Below are positions 34,011-46,799 of a DNA stretch of 64,000 bases, in pieces. Origin of the DNA: Chrysomallon squamiferum. Lineage: Eukaryota > Animalia > Mollusca. The stretch spans positions 34,410,001 through 34,474,000 of the forward strand of contig CM022672.1 of NCBI GenBank assembly GCA_012295275.1. Reading direction: 5' to 3'. The notes below the pieces were generated by a model. That model was given only the letters and a program-made list of their open reading frames with translations, made no database searches and was not told where the DNA came from. The position numbers and the translations under genes were made by a program. Every line of letters starts with the position of its first letter. Within the stretch, counting starts at the first letter, position 1.

Positions 34011-34214
34011 TAATAATAATAATAATAATAACAACAACAGCAGCAATACAGCAATTTATATACATAACACAGCTGCCGTTCCTGCTATTTGATTTATTCC
34101 GAAGTCGTAATCGCGCACGTAATCTGACCACGTGTCTGTCGACAGCTGTTCTCTTTTCACTCGCATTTTTCACCAGCCCAGATCTCCGTGCTGTCTCTGG
34201 AAAAGCAAAATCAA

Positions 34215-34287
34215 CCCCTGGAGGATTCGATCTCGCAATCTGAGGCGTGCCACGCGGCTGATCTAAAACCAACTCGCCGCCCATTCG
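34215..34287 (-). mobile_element. Possible tRNA-like Pol III head (SINE relic)
   Basis: On the minus strand an A-box-like GGCGAGTTGG and a B-box-like GATCGAATCC lie about 36 nt apart; no convincing cloverleaf. Confidence 0.3.
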
Positions 34288-35296
34288 TATCCTTGAAGAC
34301 GTTTGACATTTGACACGCACGAGATATGTAAATACAAGAGGGTATTAGTTTCGTTCTCAGCTTCTGGAAATCAAGTCTGAAAAGAATCTTGAAATGCTGG
34401 GAAAGTTCAAAAGGTAGAACATCACGTACAGAAGTGTGTCTAATATTTAGACTCGATTAAAACTAGACTGGTAATAGTGTAATGTAATAGTTAGCAGAGT
34501 TAATGTATAGTATGATGATGATGACGATGTCAATGATGATGATGATGATGATGAATATAATCCTACTAATGATGATGATGATATTAATAATGGTAAAAAC
34601 AACAACTGCAACTAATAATAATGATGATAATAATAATAATAATAATAATTATAATAATTATAGCAGTAATAATCATAATAATAGTGATAACAACAACAAA
34701 AACGACAATAACAACGACGACAACAACAACAACAATAATAATGATAATGATGATGATGATGATAATAATAACAGCATTAATAATTGTGATAACAATAATA
34801 ACATCATCATTCAATACCGACACCACCACCACCACCAACAACAACAACAATAATAACAACAATAATAATCATAATCATAATAATAATAACGAATGAATCG
34901 AAAAAACCTGAAAAAATAACGACACGAAAGAAGAAAAAAGAAACAAAGAAAGAAAGAATTAATGAATGAATGAAATCAAACCAAAGAAGTAGATGAAGGA
35001 AAGGAAGAAGAAAAAGAAGAAGAAAGAATTTATTACATGATCTAAACCATACGAAATAAAGGGGATAAAAATCGAAATAAAGAAATGACACAAATAAAGC
35101 GAGTATAGAAGAAATAATTATTAAATAATAATGTATACACACATGTATAAGATATACACTATAAACTACACATAACCTTTACAAAATACACACAAAGGTC
35201 CACGCACAAAATATACCACACATATATACTATAACACATCTAAACACACAGACAGAGACAGTCATATACATTTAAATAATTAACCTATATAAAATC

Positions 35297-35430
<134 letters not shown>

Positions 35431-35999
35431 TAAACATGGACAAACATTGAAGAAATTAAATTACTTTATTAATCAAACATGAAAGAAGTCATGTGGTGAC
35501 GTTTTAAAAGTTTCATCACGTGCGTCATTACCTGGCTAAACGGTTTCATAACATCTGAGAAACACACCTTTAAGTGACGTAGGCAGGTGAGGGGCACCTG
35601 TTTATTTATGTAAAAATATCTCATGCTTGTTTCAGTTTTAATAAAACAGTTTATGAGTCTTCGAAAAATATGATGCTTCCGCAATTAACTTCTGTCAAAT
35701 GCACTAACATCCTAGAAAACTGAAATTAGCCTAATCGGCGAATCTGTGATTCCAGGATCCTTTCGTACATCTTTTAGGGCTTTTGTATAAAATAAGGCAA
35801 TCATTTTTACCTTTTGAGTCATTCTGACGCATCATAAGAATTTTATTTGTTTGTTTTTTTTAATGTGTTTTTAAAAGTCTGCTTTGTCAAAACTGCATAT
35901 AATAGTTTCATGGATAAGTTGTTCCATTGGTGTATAAATATAAAGTGAAAATTATACTAGAAACATATGCCAATACACAAACACACACACACACACACA

Positions 36000-36063
<64 letters not shown>

Positions 36064-36253
36064 CTATCTCTATGTTTCAGTGTTTCTGTATGTGTGTGTG
36101 TGTGTGTATGTGTATATGCATGTATATGTATGCATGTATATATGTACGTGTGTTTCTATATGTGTGTGCATATAAGTATGGATGAATGATGTATATATAT
36201 GTGCATGTATATATTTATTCGTGTGTATGTATCTACATATATATATATGTATC

Positions 36254-36284
<31 letters not shown>

Positions 36285-36307
36285 CTCTCTCTCTCTCTCT
36301 ATATATA

Positions 36308-36387
<80 letters not shown>

Positions 36388-36860
36388 GAGTGTGTGTGTG
36401 TTTATGTGGGGTATTTGTATGTGCACTTAAAGAAAGGTTATCTATGTTGTATATACAATGAGTCACTGCACTGGAAACATTAGGGGACTGCCGTGTGTAC
36501 CCCAGTGAACTTTGACCCGAGTGACTCAGTCTGTCCAAATGGACGTGATGTTTCTATTGAACTTAACAGAACAGACACGAAAGTAGCGACACTTGTTTTT
36601 AGTGGGGATTGCGGCAAACTGCACGTGCGCTTTACGTCACGTTTGTGAACGTAGCGAATCACTGAATCAAATTTTCCCAGTTGCGACGAAGTGTTTAAAC
36701 TATCGTACATGTGTTACATCAGTATTGGAGAGGTTCTTTCTTCTTCTTCTTCTTCTTCTTTTTCTTCTTTGACACAAAAAAAAGAACAATAACAAAAGGA
36801 ACACGAAAAGACGAAACATAAGAAAGAGAAATTTACGATGTGTGGTCTATCTCGATTAAA

Positions 36861-37069
36861 CCAATGAAATGTCAGGTTACATTCGGGTGTGTTTCAGTTA
36901 CCAATCAATGCTCGTATTACATTTCGATTAAAACAGCGATTGGTTGAGGTATCTTCAGAACCAATGAACACTCGCGTGGTATTAAGAAGATCGATTTCAT
37001 CCAATGGGATTGTGTGTTACATTCAGAAGATTTGATTTCAGGGCGAGATCGGTGCCTCGTGTCACGTGA
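36861..37069. promoter_or_regulatory. Array of five CCAAT boxes followed by a GTCACGTGA E-box
   Basis: CCAAT at 36861, 36901, 36961, 37001 and ATTGG at 36939; TCACGTGA at 37062. Confidence 0.5.
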
Positions 37070-37274
37070 TTAAAGAAAAAAAAAATGTGTTGAAAAGCTG
37101 TGATGAAGATATAACAGAAGAAAAAAATTTTTATTTATTATTAAAGAGTTTTGTGACACACTTGTATAAACAAAGATGTTTTGAGAATGAGAAAAATGCG
37201 TGCACTGGTGTGAACGAGTCGAATATACACAGTGACATACAGAGAGAGATACAGAGAGAGAGAGAGAGAGATAC

Positions 37275-37456
<182 letters not shown>

Positions 37457-37805
37457 AAAAAGGCAGAATGAGTACCAAATTTTATCAAAGGAAAAATAAA
37501 AATCTAAACTCTCTAAAGCACTGGTTCAACTCAAATACACTTGTGACGATAGAAACGACAAGAAAAGGAAAGAAAAAAGAATGAGACACGCCTCAAAATA
37601 AACCATTTTTGTGTTTAGGTATTTATTTGTTATCTGTTTTATGTACGTCTGAAAAGACTCTACACACAGATAATATTCGGGAACGCACTGGCGCAGGAAA
37701 ACCTCACAAAACACGTCAGATGTCGCTGACGAGACTCGAACGTTTGACACCCATCCGCCCACACTCTGAAGGGGGTAACATTACCGATCGGCCATGAGAC
37801 AACCT

Positions 37806-38093
37806 ATGTATGTATGTGTGTGTTAGTGTCTGTATGTCTGTATGTATGTATGTGTGTGTTCGTGTGTGTTTGTGTCTGTGTGTATGCCTGTATGTGTGTG
37901 TGTATGTGTGTGTGTGTATGTATGTCTGTATCTGTGTGTGTGTGTGTATGTATGTCTGTATCTGTGTGTGTATGTGTGTGTGTGTGTGTGTATGTGTGTG
38001 TATGTGTGTATGTATGTGTATGTATCTGTGTCTGTATCTGTGTGTATGTGTGTGTGTGTATGTGTGTGTGTATGTCTGTATCTGTGTGTGTAT

Positions 38094-38131
<38 letters not shown>

Positions 38132-38207
38132 TTGTGTATGTGTGTGTGTATGTATGTCTGTATCTGTGTGTATGTGTGTGTGTGTGTGTATGTGTGTGTG
38201 TATGTGT

Positions 38208-38247
<40 letters not shown>

Positions 38248-38389
38248 CTGTATCTGTGTGTGTATGTGTCTGTGTGTGTGTGTATGTGTGTGTGTGTGTG
38301 TATGTGTGTATGTATGTGTATGTATGTCTGTATCTGTGTTTGTATGTGGCTGTGTGTGTATGTGTGTGTATGTGTGTGTGTGTATGTGT

Positions 38390-38429
<40 letters not shown>

Positions 38430-38488
38430 CTGTATCTGTGTGTGTATGTGTCTATGTATGTGTGTTTGTGTTTCTATGTCTGTATGTC

Positions 38489-38530
<42 letters not shown>

Positions 38531-38575
38531 TGTGTGTGTGTCTGTGTGTGTGTGTTTGTGTTTCTATGTGTGTAT
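37806..38575. repeat. Compound (GT)n/(GTAT)n microsatellite
   Basis: Directly visible; source of the 250-300 aa CV-rich ORFs. Confidence 0.97.
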
Positions 38576-38824
38576 TATTTGAACTCTTAGGTAACTTAGT
38601 GGCTAAATCTTTCGGAATGTTGTTTGACTTACATCAGAATCGATTCAACTTTCGCAGTTTCATTCACTTATACACAAAATCTGATAATGATATGTACTTG
38701 TTCGTCTACAGAAAAAGCTGCATTTAAAATAGCTGTAGTGGAAAGCAATAATCAGTTTTATGTCCTTTTACTATCTGTATGTTCCTTATTTTAATATAAT
38801 CGTCAATAAAATTAGTATTATTAT

Positions 38825-38949
<125 letters not shown>

Positions 38950-39126
38950 GCTCGCTCACTGTCATCTATATAAATCAGTATCCTCTCTATCTAGCTATTT
39001 ATCTCTCTATCTACGTATTTATCTCTTTTGTCATTTCTCACTCTCTAGCCATCTCTGAATCCCGTCTTGTTATTTTTCATTTTACTTTCTATTTTTTATT
39101 TCTTTTTTAATCTCTTTGTATCAAAC

Positions 39127-39217
<91 letters not shown>

Positions 39218-39829
39218 GTAAACCGTATCTTTTTCTCCTTTACGCACAACGACAGACGCATCTACACACGCACGCACGCAAACATACGTACAATCACTCA
39301 CATACATCCACAACCTTTGCATTCACATATTTCAAATTCTAATCCAGTTTAATCAAACTGCCACCACCACGACGACGTGATCAGCTGCCACTACCGCAGC
39401 CTGTTCCGCTCAGAATTTTTATCTGCAGTTTCAGATGCTTTACACACAATCGTAAGTCTTACTCTTAACCGTATCAGACTGAACGTAAATCTGACTGATT
39501 TACATTGACTCTACACGTGTGAGTGTTTATTACACTGAAACAGATTTCACATCTTTTCTCCCAGCTTTCACTCGTTGCAATCTTTTAATCGTCGCTGATT
39601 TAAACTTTTTTTTTTTTTCAACATTCAGTTATAGTCTGCGGTTGAGAGAAATGTGTCGTTAATTCTTCCAGAAGAAAAGGTTTGACAGATTTGTTTGTTG
39701 TTGTTTCTGTTCGATGTTACTGAGATAAAATTATATCGAAAAAGTAAACACGGAATAAATTGTTTTGACAGGTTCGGTGTTAGTGTTGTACTTGGTGGTG
39801 GAGATGTTTGCACGTGTGTGTGTGTGTGT

Positions 39830-39866
<37 letters not shown>

Positions 39867-39885
39867 TGTGTTTGTGTGTGTTTGT

Positions 39886-39937
<52 letters not shown>

Positions 39938-40843
39938 ATCTTATAAGCCAGTAAATAATAATAATAAATGTAGAAATCTTATTACTGATAATCACGAGAA
40001 AGGAACAAATGGTAGGAAATAAAATACCATTACTATCATTTAGAGATATCTTCAGTATTAATTGTCTTGACAAATCTAATCTTTCGTTTAATGTTTTAAC
40101 AGAATCAGCATCATTATTAACTTCTATCAGCTACTTTTACTTTTGTTCTTCATATAATCATTGTGCGTTCCTATTATTTTCATTCTAACTTTCACTGTCT
40201 TTCACTTTCGTTAGTCCCTTCTTCTGCTTTTACACAGAGGGTTTTAGACTGGGGTTACGTGAAAACTGCGCGCTTTTACATGTTAACCGTTGTAGATTTC
40301 ATATATTTCTAACCTTAAAATGCACTGAATGGAATCCAGTTCTAAACTGGAAAAGAGTTCCAAACATTCCAGCATTTTTGTCTATCGATTTTTTTTTTTT
40401 GTGGTGAGAATTATGTAGAACAACAACAACAACAAAAAAATCTATGTCTTGTTTTCTGTCGGGGGGGGGAATGCAAAGAAAAAAGTAAAGAATATTATTT
40501 TGTTTTTTTGTTTTTGACCCTAACAAACCCTAACCCTAAAGCTGGAACTGACCCTTGTATTTCTGTTGACACAATCAGGTGTTTAGAAAGTAGTTTTATT
40601 TTATACTGTCAGTATGATTCGCTAGTTGATTATTTAGCACGTGTTAAAAGCTTTATAGATTTATACTGAATAATGAAACTGAGTTATAAGGTAATAACAA
40701 AAGGATAACAAATTTACATATTATAAAAAAAAAAAAAAAAAAAAAAAATTATACACTATAAAAAAAAAAAAAAAAAAGAAGATATTTTACTGAAATTTCT
40801 TCATGTTAGAAATGCTGAAACTTTTTTGACAACGTCATTTTAT

Positions 40844-40931
40844 CCAATCAGCTCCAACCACGTCTTCATGCCACTGACCTTTAATGACCTTTTAACATTT
40901 CAGCCAATCAGCACTGATCACGTCGTTTTAA
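40844..40931 (+). promoter_or_regulatory. Putative promoter of the neuropeptide gene: ERSE (40844-40862), DR4/paired AAAGGTCA (40875-40892), ERSE-like (40904-40922), TATA-like TTTTAAG
   Basis: CCAAT-cagctccaa-CCACG; TGACCT-ttaa-TGACCT; CCAAT-cagcactga-TCACG, all read directly. Assignment to the neuropeptide gene is inference. Confidence 0.6.
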
Positions 40932-40949
40932 GCGAGCCGGTGCTGCTGT

Positions 40950-41025
40950 CCTCACCGCAGTTGTACATTAACAAACTCCAGCTGGTAATTCACATAAACG
41001 TTATTTCCGCTGATTTCTGTCTGAG
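40950..41025 (+). other. Putative non-coding first exon of the neuropeptide gene (start approximate)
   Basis: Lies just downstream of the CCAAT boxes and TATA-like motif and ends in GAG|gtaaat (an alternative donor CTG|gtaatt is at 40984). The coding exon begins at a splice acceptor, so an upstream exon is expected. Confidence 0.4.
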
Positions 41026-42154
41026 GTAAATTAATGTACACTGACCAGCTGGCTAGCAGAGTCCGGCCTGGTCAGTGATTCCAGGAAACAAATGTCAACG
41101 TCCCTAGTTAGATAAACATTTTATATGTCCTATCTTACCTTTACATATTGCCTCTGTTACCTTTCAAACGACATATTCTGTATACGTGACCGATAAAATC
41201 TGTTACCTTTCAAACGACATATTCTCTGCAAACGTTTTCAAAACATTTGAAACTTTAGTTCACTACGACATTCGTGTGTGTCGTATTCGTACTCTGAACA
41301 ATGTGATTACAGATAATTAATATATATTTATTATTATTTTATTTCTCTCTTTTTTTTTTTTTTTCTTTTCTTTTTTCTTTTTTCTTTATTTTATTTTTTT
41401 TTTTTTTTTTTTTGATACACGATTTCAGGCACTGTTTTTGAACTTTTTGTTGTTGTTGTTGTTGTTTTTCGTTTTTCTTAATACTTTTTTTAATTTTTTA
41501 AATTTTTTTTTAATATTCTCTTTTCAGTTAATAAAATATGATCACACAAGTTCTGAAAATAATGTCTGTCTTTGTTTTCATAAAGTTATCACGAAAACAA
41601 AATGTATACGTCTTGTTTCTGCATCTGAATACGTTTGTCGCTGATGCTGACATTATTGTACGTTCTGATCAAATTATAACCATTTTTTATTAATTTGCTT
41701 TATGTATAAATTAAAGATTAAACTCCTCAGTATCATTATGTAAGAAGAACATTGTTCTTAAACTTCTTGTAACATTAAGGTGCGCGGAATAACAAAAAAA
41801 AAAAAAAAAAAAAAAAAACGATTCTTGTTTCCATAGAAGCATAAATAATTGATGACGTAGAGAACTGTAAAGCATACATAATACAAATTAACAACCCTTA
41901 GCTCAAACGTAATTTGAATTGTCATAACGGTAAGTTCGCTTTTAAAATATTTTTAATATTTTGGTAACATTGTTATTTACAAACATACGAAATATTTTGT
42001 ATGTATATACATATTCTAATACATATCTATTGTGTAGCGGACGAAGACATAAAAACATTCATTTTCAAAATCTTCACGAATATTTTTAATAGTTTATTAA
42101 TAGTAATAGTAGTAGTAGCAATGTTAGTAGTAGTAGTGGTAGTACCAGTAGTTA

Positions 42155-42205
<51 letters not shown>

Positions 42206-42359
42206 AGGTAGTAACAGTGGTAGTAGAAGCAATAGTAATTATGAAAATAATGTTTTTCCATTAAGAAAGTCGCAATTATTATTGTATATGCTAAATAGAT
42301 GATATGGTGTTTCCGCCAAAAGATTTATATTTTATCAAGAAATACTGGAAACAACTAAA

Positions 42360-43140
42360 CATGAATAGTAAAACAGTAGCCGTGAAAAGTAAAACAGTAG
42401 CCATGAATAGTAAAACAGTAGCCGTGAATAGTAAAACAGTAGCGATGAACAGTAAAACAGTAGCCATGAATAGTAAAAAGTAGCCGTGAATAGTAAAATA
42501 GTAGCCGTGAATAGTAAAACATTCGCCGTGAATAGTAAAATAGTAGACATGAATAGTAAAACAGTAGCCATGAATAGTAAAACATTCGCCGTGAATAGTA
42601 AAACAGTAGCCCTTAATAGTAAAACAGTAGCGATGAATAGTAAAACAGTAGCCGTGAATAGTAAAACAGTAGCCGTGAATAGTAAAACAGTAGCCGTGAA
42701 TAGTAAAACAGCCATGCAGATGAATAGTAAAACAGTAGACATAGTAAAACAGTAGATGAATAGTAAAACAGTAGCCATGAATAATAAAAATATGAATAGT
42801 AAAACAGTAGCCGTGAATAGTAAAACAGTAGCCATGAATAATAAAACAGTAGCCATGAATAGTAAAACAGTAGCCATGAATAGTAAAACAGTAGCCGTGA
42901 ATAGTAAAACAGTAGCCATGAATAGTAAAACAGTAGCCATGAATAGTAAAACAGTAGCCGTGAATAGTAAAAGTAAAACAGAATAGTAAAACCATGAATA
43001 GTAAAAAACAGTAGCCATGAATAGTGAATAGTAAAACAACGTGAATAGTAAAACAGTAGCCCTTAATAGTAAAACAGTAGCGATGAATAGTAAAACAGAC
43101 ATGAATGACCGTGAATAGTAAAACAGTAGACTAGCATGAA
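42360..43140. repeat. 21-bp minisatellite (about 35 copies) in the putative intron of the neuropeptide gene
   Basis: GAATAGTAAAACAGTAGCC(G/A)T; source of the NSKTVAM/FTIHGYC ORFs. Confidence 0.95.
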
Positions 43141-43694
43141 TGACCACATTTATTCAGACTATCTCTTCATCTCATTTAACATTATTTTGTTCGAGATTCG
43201 TATAGTTAAAAACAACACAGACTTTCTAATTTTAAATAATTATGTTTAACATGTTAATTATTGAAATATCATTAATGTAAGATTCATAGCAGTCAAATAT
43301 AAAGTAAAATATAAAGTTTATTTCATTTTAATTGTGAACAAGGACTAATATACCACGGTGTTCCTGTGTTTGGGTCTTGCTATTTCTTTCTAGGTTATAT
43401 AAAGGATAATTTTATCAGTAAAAATAGATGTGAGTGAACTTGACGTCAAACTGAATTGTAATGACGCGTAGATTCTAGAAAGAACCTTTATTTTGTAATG
43501 TTACATAAATTAAATAGAAAACAAAACGTCATTTTCTTTAATTTGCTTGAGCAAGAACTAAAAAAAATATTAAATATTTGCATTCATTTCACTGTCTTTT
43601 CTTTTCTAATATTCTTTCATAACACTTATTTCTTAATCGTTTTTCTTTATTTAATATTTTGTTATTTTATTACTATTATTATTATTATTATTAC

Positions 43695-43736
<42 letters not shown>

Positions 43737-44007
43737 TGTTATTATTATTAGTAGTAGTAGTAGTAGTAGTATTTATTCTTCTATCCCTGCCAGTGAATTA
43801 ATCGATCTATTTAATTTATCTTTCTCACCATCTCTCACTCGTTTTTCGACTTTATCTGTTTATCTATTTTATTTATTATTTTATTTATTTTTTTTTTTTG
43901 TTTATTTATTTGTTCATTTTATTTTATTTTTTTTTATTTTTTTTATTTATTTGTTGAAATATTTTTTTATTATTTTTTTTATTTATGTATTTATTTATTT
44001 ATTTCAG

Positions 44008-44358
44008 ATGACTCGCAGAATGTTCGAGTTCTTCGCAATAATCACCATGGTAACGATAGTAAACGGGAACATCAATTACTCCTGGCAAAAGACGAAAAAA
44101 AATGGCGACGATGAAATGATAAAGCCTCGACGTGATTTCCTACAATTTTTAGCGCAGAACAGGATGCCAGAGAACGGACACAACTCGATGGACAACCCGA
44201 ACCAGCCTGAAACGAGTTTTCTGTCAGAAAGATCTGGTTGGCCTGTTTTCGGATTTCGCCTTAAACCGAGATTTGTATATTTTGGCAGTAAACTGTATCC
44301 GCCTCAAAGAGGCAGCGAACACGAGTCAAAACTGTTTCGCTACGGCAGAAGTGTCTAA
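44008..44358 (+). CDS. Neuropeptide precursor, LFRYamide (LXRXamide) type, 116 aa
   Basis: The ATG follows a strong acceptor directly (T-rich tract, tttcag|ATG). The first ~20 aa look like a signal peptide (MTRRMFEFFAIITMVTIVNG). There are KK and RR dibasic sites and the C-terminus is KPRFVYFGSKLYPPQRGSEHESKLFRY-G-R-SV with an amidation Gly plus basic cleavage site. Normal-complexity sequence flanked by low-complexity DNA. The upstream part of the 43498 ORF in the track is intronic. Confidence 0.88.
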   Translation: MTRRMFEFFAIITMVTIVNGNINYSWQKTKKNGDDEMIKPRRDFLQFLAQNRMPENGHNSMDNPNQPETSFLSERSGWPVFGFRLKPRFVYFGSKLYPPQRGSEHESKLFRYGRSV

Positions 44359-44511
44359 TTATCTCCCTTCCTTTGAAGCAAAGTCAAACATTAAAGTTAT
44401 TTTTTTCCATTAAAGATTTTCTTTTCCTGCAAAAATAGGCAGCATTTTCTGTTCTAATCGTTTTCTTTTCTTCTTCTTTTTTTAAAATGATATTACTTTA
44501 TCTTATTTTAT

Positions 44512-44622
<111 letters not shown>

Positions 44623-45239
44623 GTGTATATATATATTTATATATATTTATTTATTTATTTTGTATTTTGTTGTTGCTTTTGTCTTTGTTGCCTCTCTCTG
44701 TCTCTGCCAGTCTTTGTGCAATAGTCACAAAATGTTTTTTGTCTGTAATATACAAGTGACTGATCAGTAAAAATAAATATATTTATTTATTAATTGCTTT
44801 TCTCTTTTCCTTTTTTAATTATTTTTTAAATCTAACTGGCACCCAACTTATTTTTAAATATCTTATTTATTAAGTCATTATAACTGAAGCACACTGGTGT
44901 ACACACACACTCACGCACATACACTCACACGCACACTTCAGAAACTGATGTGTGTAGCTGAAAGCGAGAAAATATAACCCTGCGCGTGTTTAAGAAGAGA
45001 AACAGAGACAAACCTATATACATTTCAAACAGACACACAGACACACAAACATACAGTCACACAAACACACAGACACACAAATACACAGTCATACAAACAC
45101 ACAGACACACAAACACACGTAATATATACTCATACTTCAGAAACTATCTGTTTAGTGGAAAGATATCAAACACAACACTGCGTTCATTTACAGAGAGAGA
45201 CAGAGAGAGACAGAGAGACAGACAGAGAGAGAGAGAGAC

Positions 45240-45357
<118 letters not shown>

Positions 45358-45899
45358 TGACAACAATAAGAAAGATTACTTAAATAAAACAAGAAATAAC
45401 AATAAACTTTTTAAAAGAATAATAATAATGATGATACATAAAAACAACGTATACACAAACTAAACTAAAGGACAATAACGACAGACTCTAAAGTGACAAA
45501 GATAAGCATGTTACATAGTCGACGCAACAGATGAACGGAGCAAACTGAAGCTGATTTGGCTCTGTTCAGCAGACACTCAAATCAAAGGAAGCGCAGTGAG
45601 TCTAAGATAAACAGTTTTCCTTCTGAACTCGTCCTGAGGTGGTATTTGAGGCGGTGCACTGGGTACGTTAGCGGATGACGTCAATTAGGAGGGAATGCGA
45701 CATCAGAGCGCCTCGCTGTCGTTATTTCCGCGACTAATGGGAGGCAACTCGTGTCGGAAACAGGTGTTCGCAACATGACCATTCCACTGCGTGTGTCTGA
45801 ACGTCTGTGTGTAATTAAATTCAGCCTACCGCATATGACTTGATTTTTAGGAAAGAAAAACAACAGCAACAACAACAACAAAAAAAAAAACAATAAAAT

Positions 45900-46580
45900 T
45901 TACAACCCTAGCTCTAAGCCTAACCCTAACTCAACTTCTAAATCTAAACCAACGCAAATATCCAACATTAATTCTTACCATAACGCTACTAACACTCGTA
46001 ATAAAATTTACACAACCCTAAATCTAAATCTAAACCTAACCCCAACCCCAATCCCAACCCAAACCCTAACCCAACCCTAACCCAGACCCTGTCCCATAAC
46101 TCTAAACCTAACCCTAACGAAGTCGTTAAAATTAATTCTAATGCTAGCACTTGTACTAACCTGATCTAAAACTGGTTTGCAGATTATCATAAGACTCATA
46201 GTAAACATTAAATAACCCTCACCCCAGGCCCTAATTCTGAACAAGTGTCTAACCTTTATTATTGTGCTGTTTGTAACCCTGAAACTACTTTGCACATTAT
46301 CCTAACCCTGGAAGTAACTCTAGTCCTATCCTAATCCTAACCCTAACCATAAGTCTAAGCCTATGCATAATTCTTCTAAGACCTAACCATAAGGGAAGCG
46401 CACCTATCTCTAATTCTTATGCTAAATCTTTATTTCTAACCTTGACCATAACAAACCCTAACCATAGGGAAGTAGCTATCCTGAATTCTTATGCAAACTT
46501 TAACTCTGTCCCTAACCCTAAGCCGAAACCTAAACCTAACCCGAACCCTAATGCTAGCCCTTATCTAGCCCCTAACCTGA
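45900..46580. repeat. Degenerate (CCCTAA)n-like hexamer tract (interstitial telomere-like)
   Basis: Many AACCCTAAC, AAACCTAAC and AATCTAAAT hexamer variants. Confidence 0.7.
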
Positions 46581-46738
46581 ACTCTTATTTTGTGTTCTTT
46601 ATTCGAGCTTTTTCCTTTTTTTTTCTTTTTTTTCAGTTTTCATTAATTCAGACAACAGCTTCTCAGTTGACAGATTTATTTACCTTATATGAAATTACTT
46701 TATTTTATATTTATCTTCTTAATTAATTTGTGTGTGTG

Positions 46739-46799
<61 letters not shown>

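Noticed and set aside
34215-34287. Functional tRNA gene
   Set aside because: A/B-box-like motifs are present but the acceptor, anticodon and T stems do not pair properly; at most a SINE relic.
37810-38727. Long ORFs (up to 305 aa) made of CV, SL, ER, poly-I/H/N repeats here and throughout the window
   Set aside because: They are translations of di- and trinucleotide microsatellites that lack stops in some frames; no splice signals or domain content.
42291-43147. 234-270 aa ORFs with FTIHGYC / ATVLLFM heptad repeats
   Set aside because: Product of a 21-bp minisatellite open in several frames on both strands, with frame-breaking unit variants.
43498-44007. N-terminal 170 aa of the 286-aa ORF (apparent multi-pass membrane protein)
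   Set aside because: T-rich intron and (ATT)n microsatellite ending in a canonical acceptor at 44007; only 44008-44358 is credible coding sequence.
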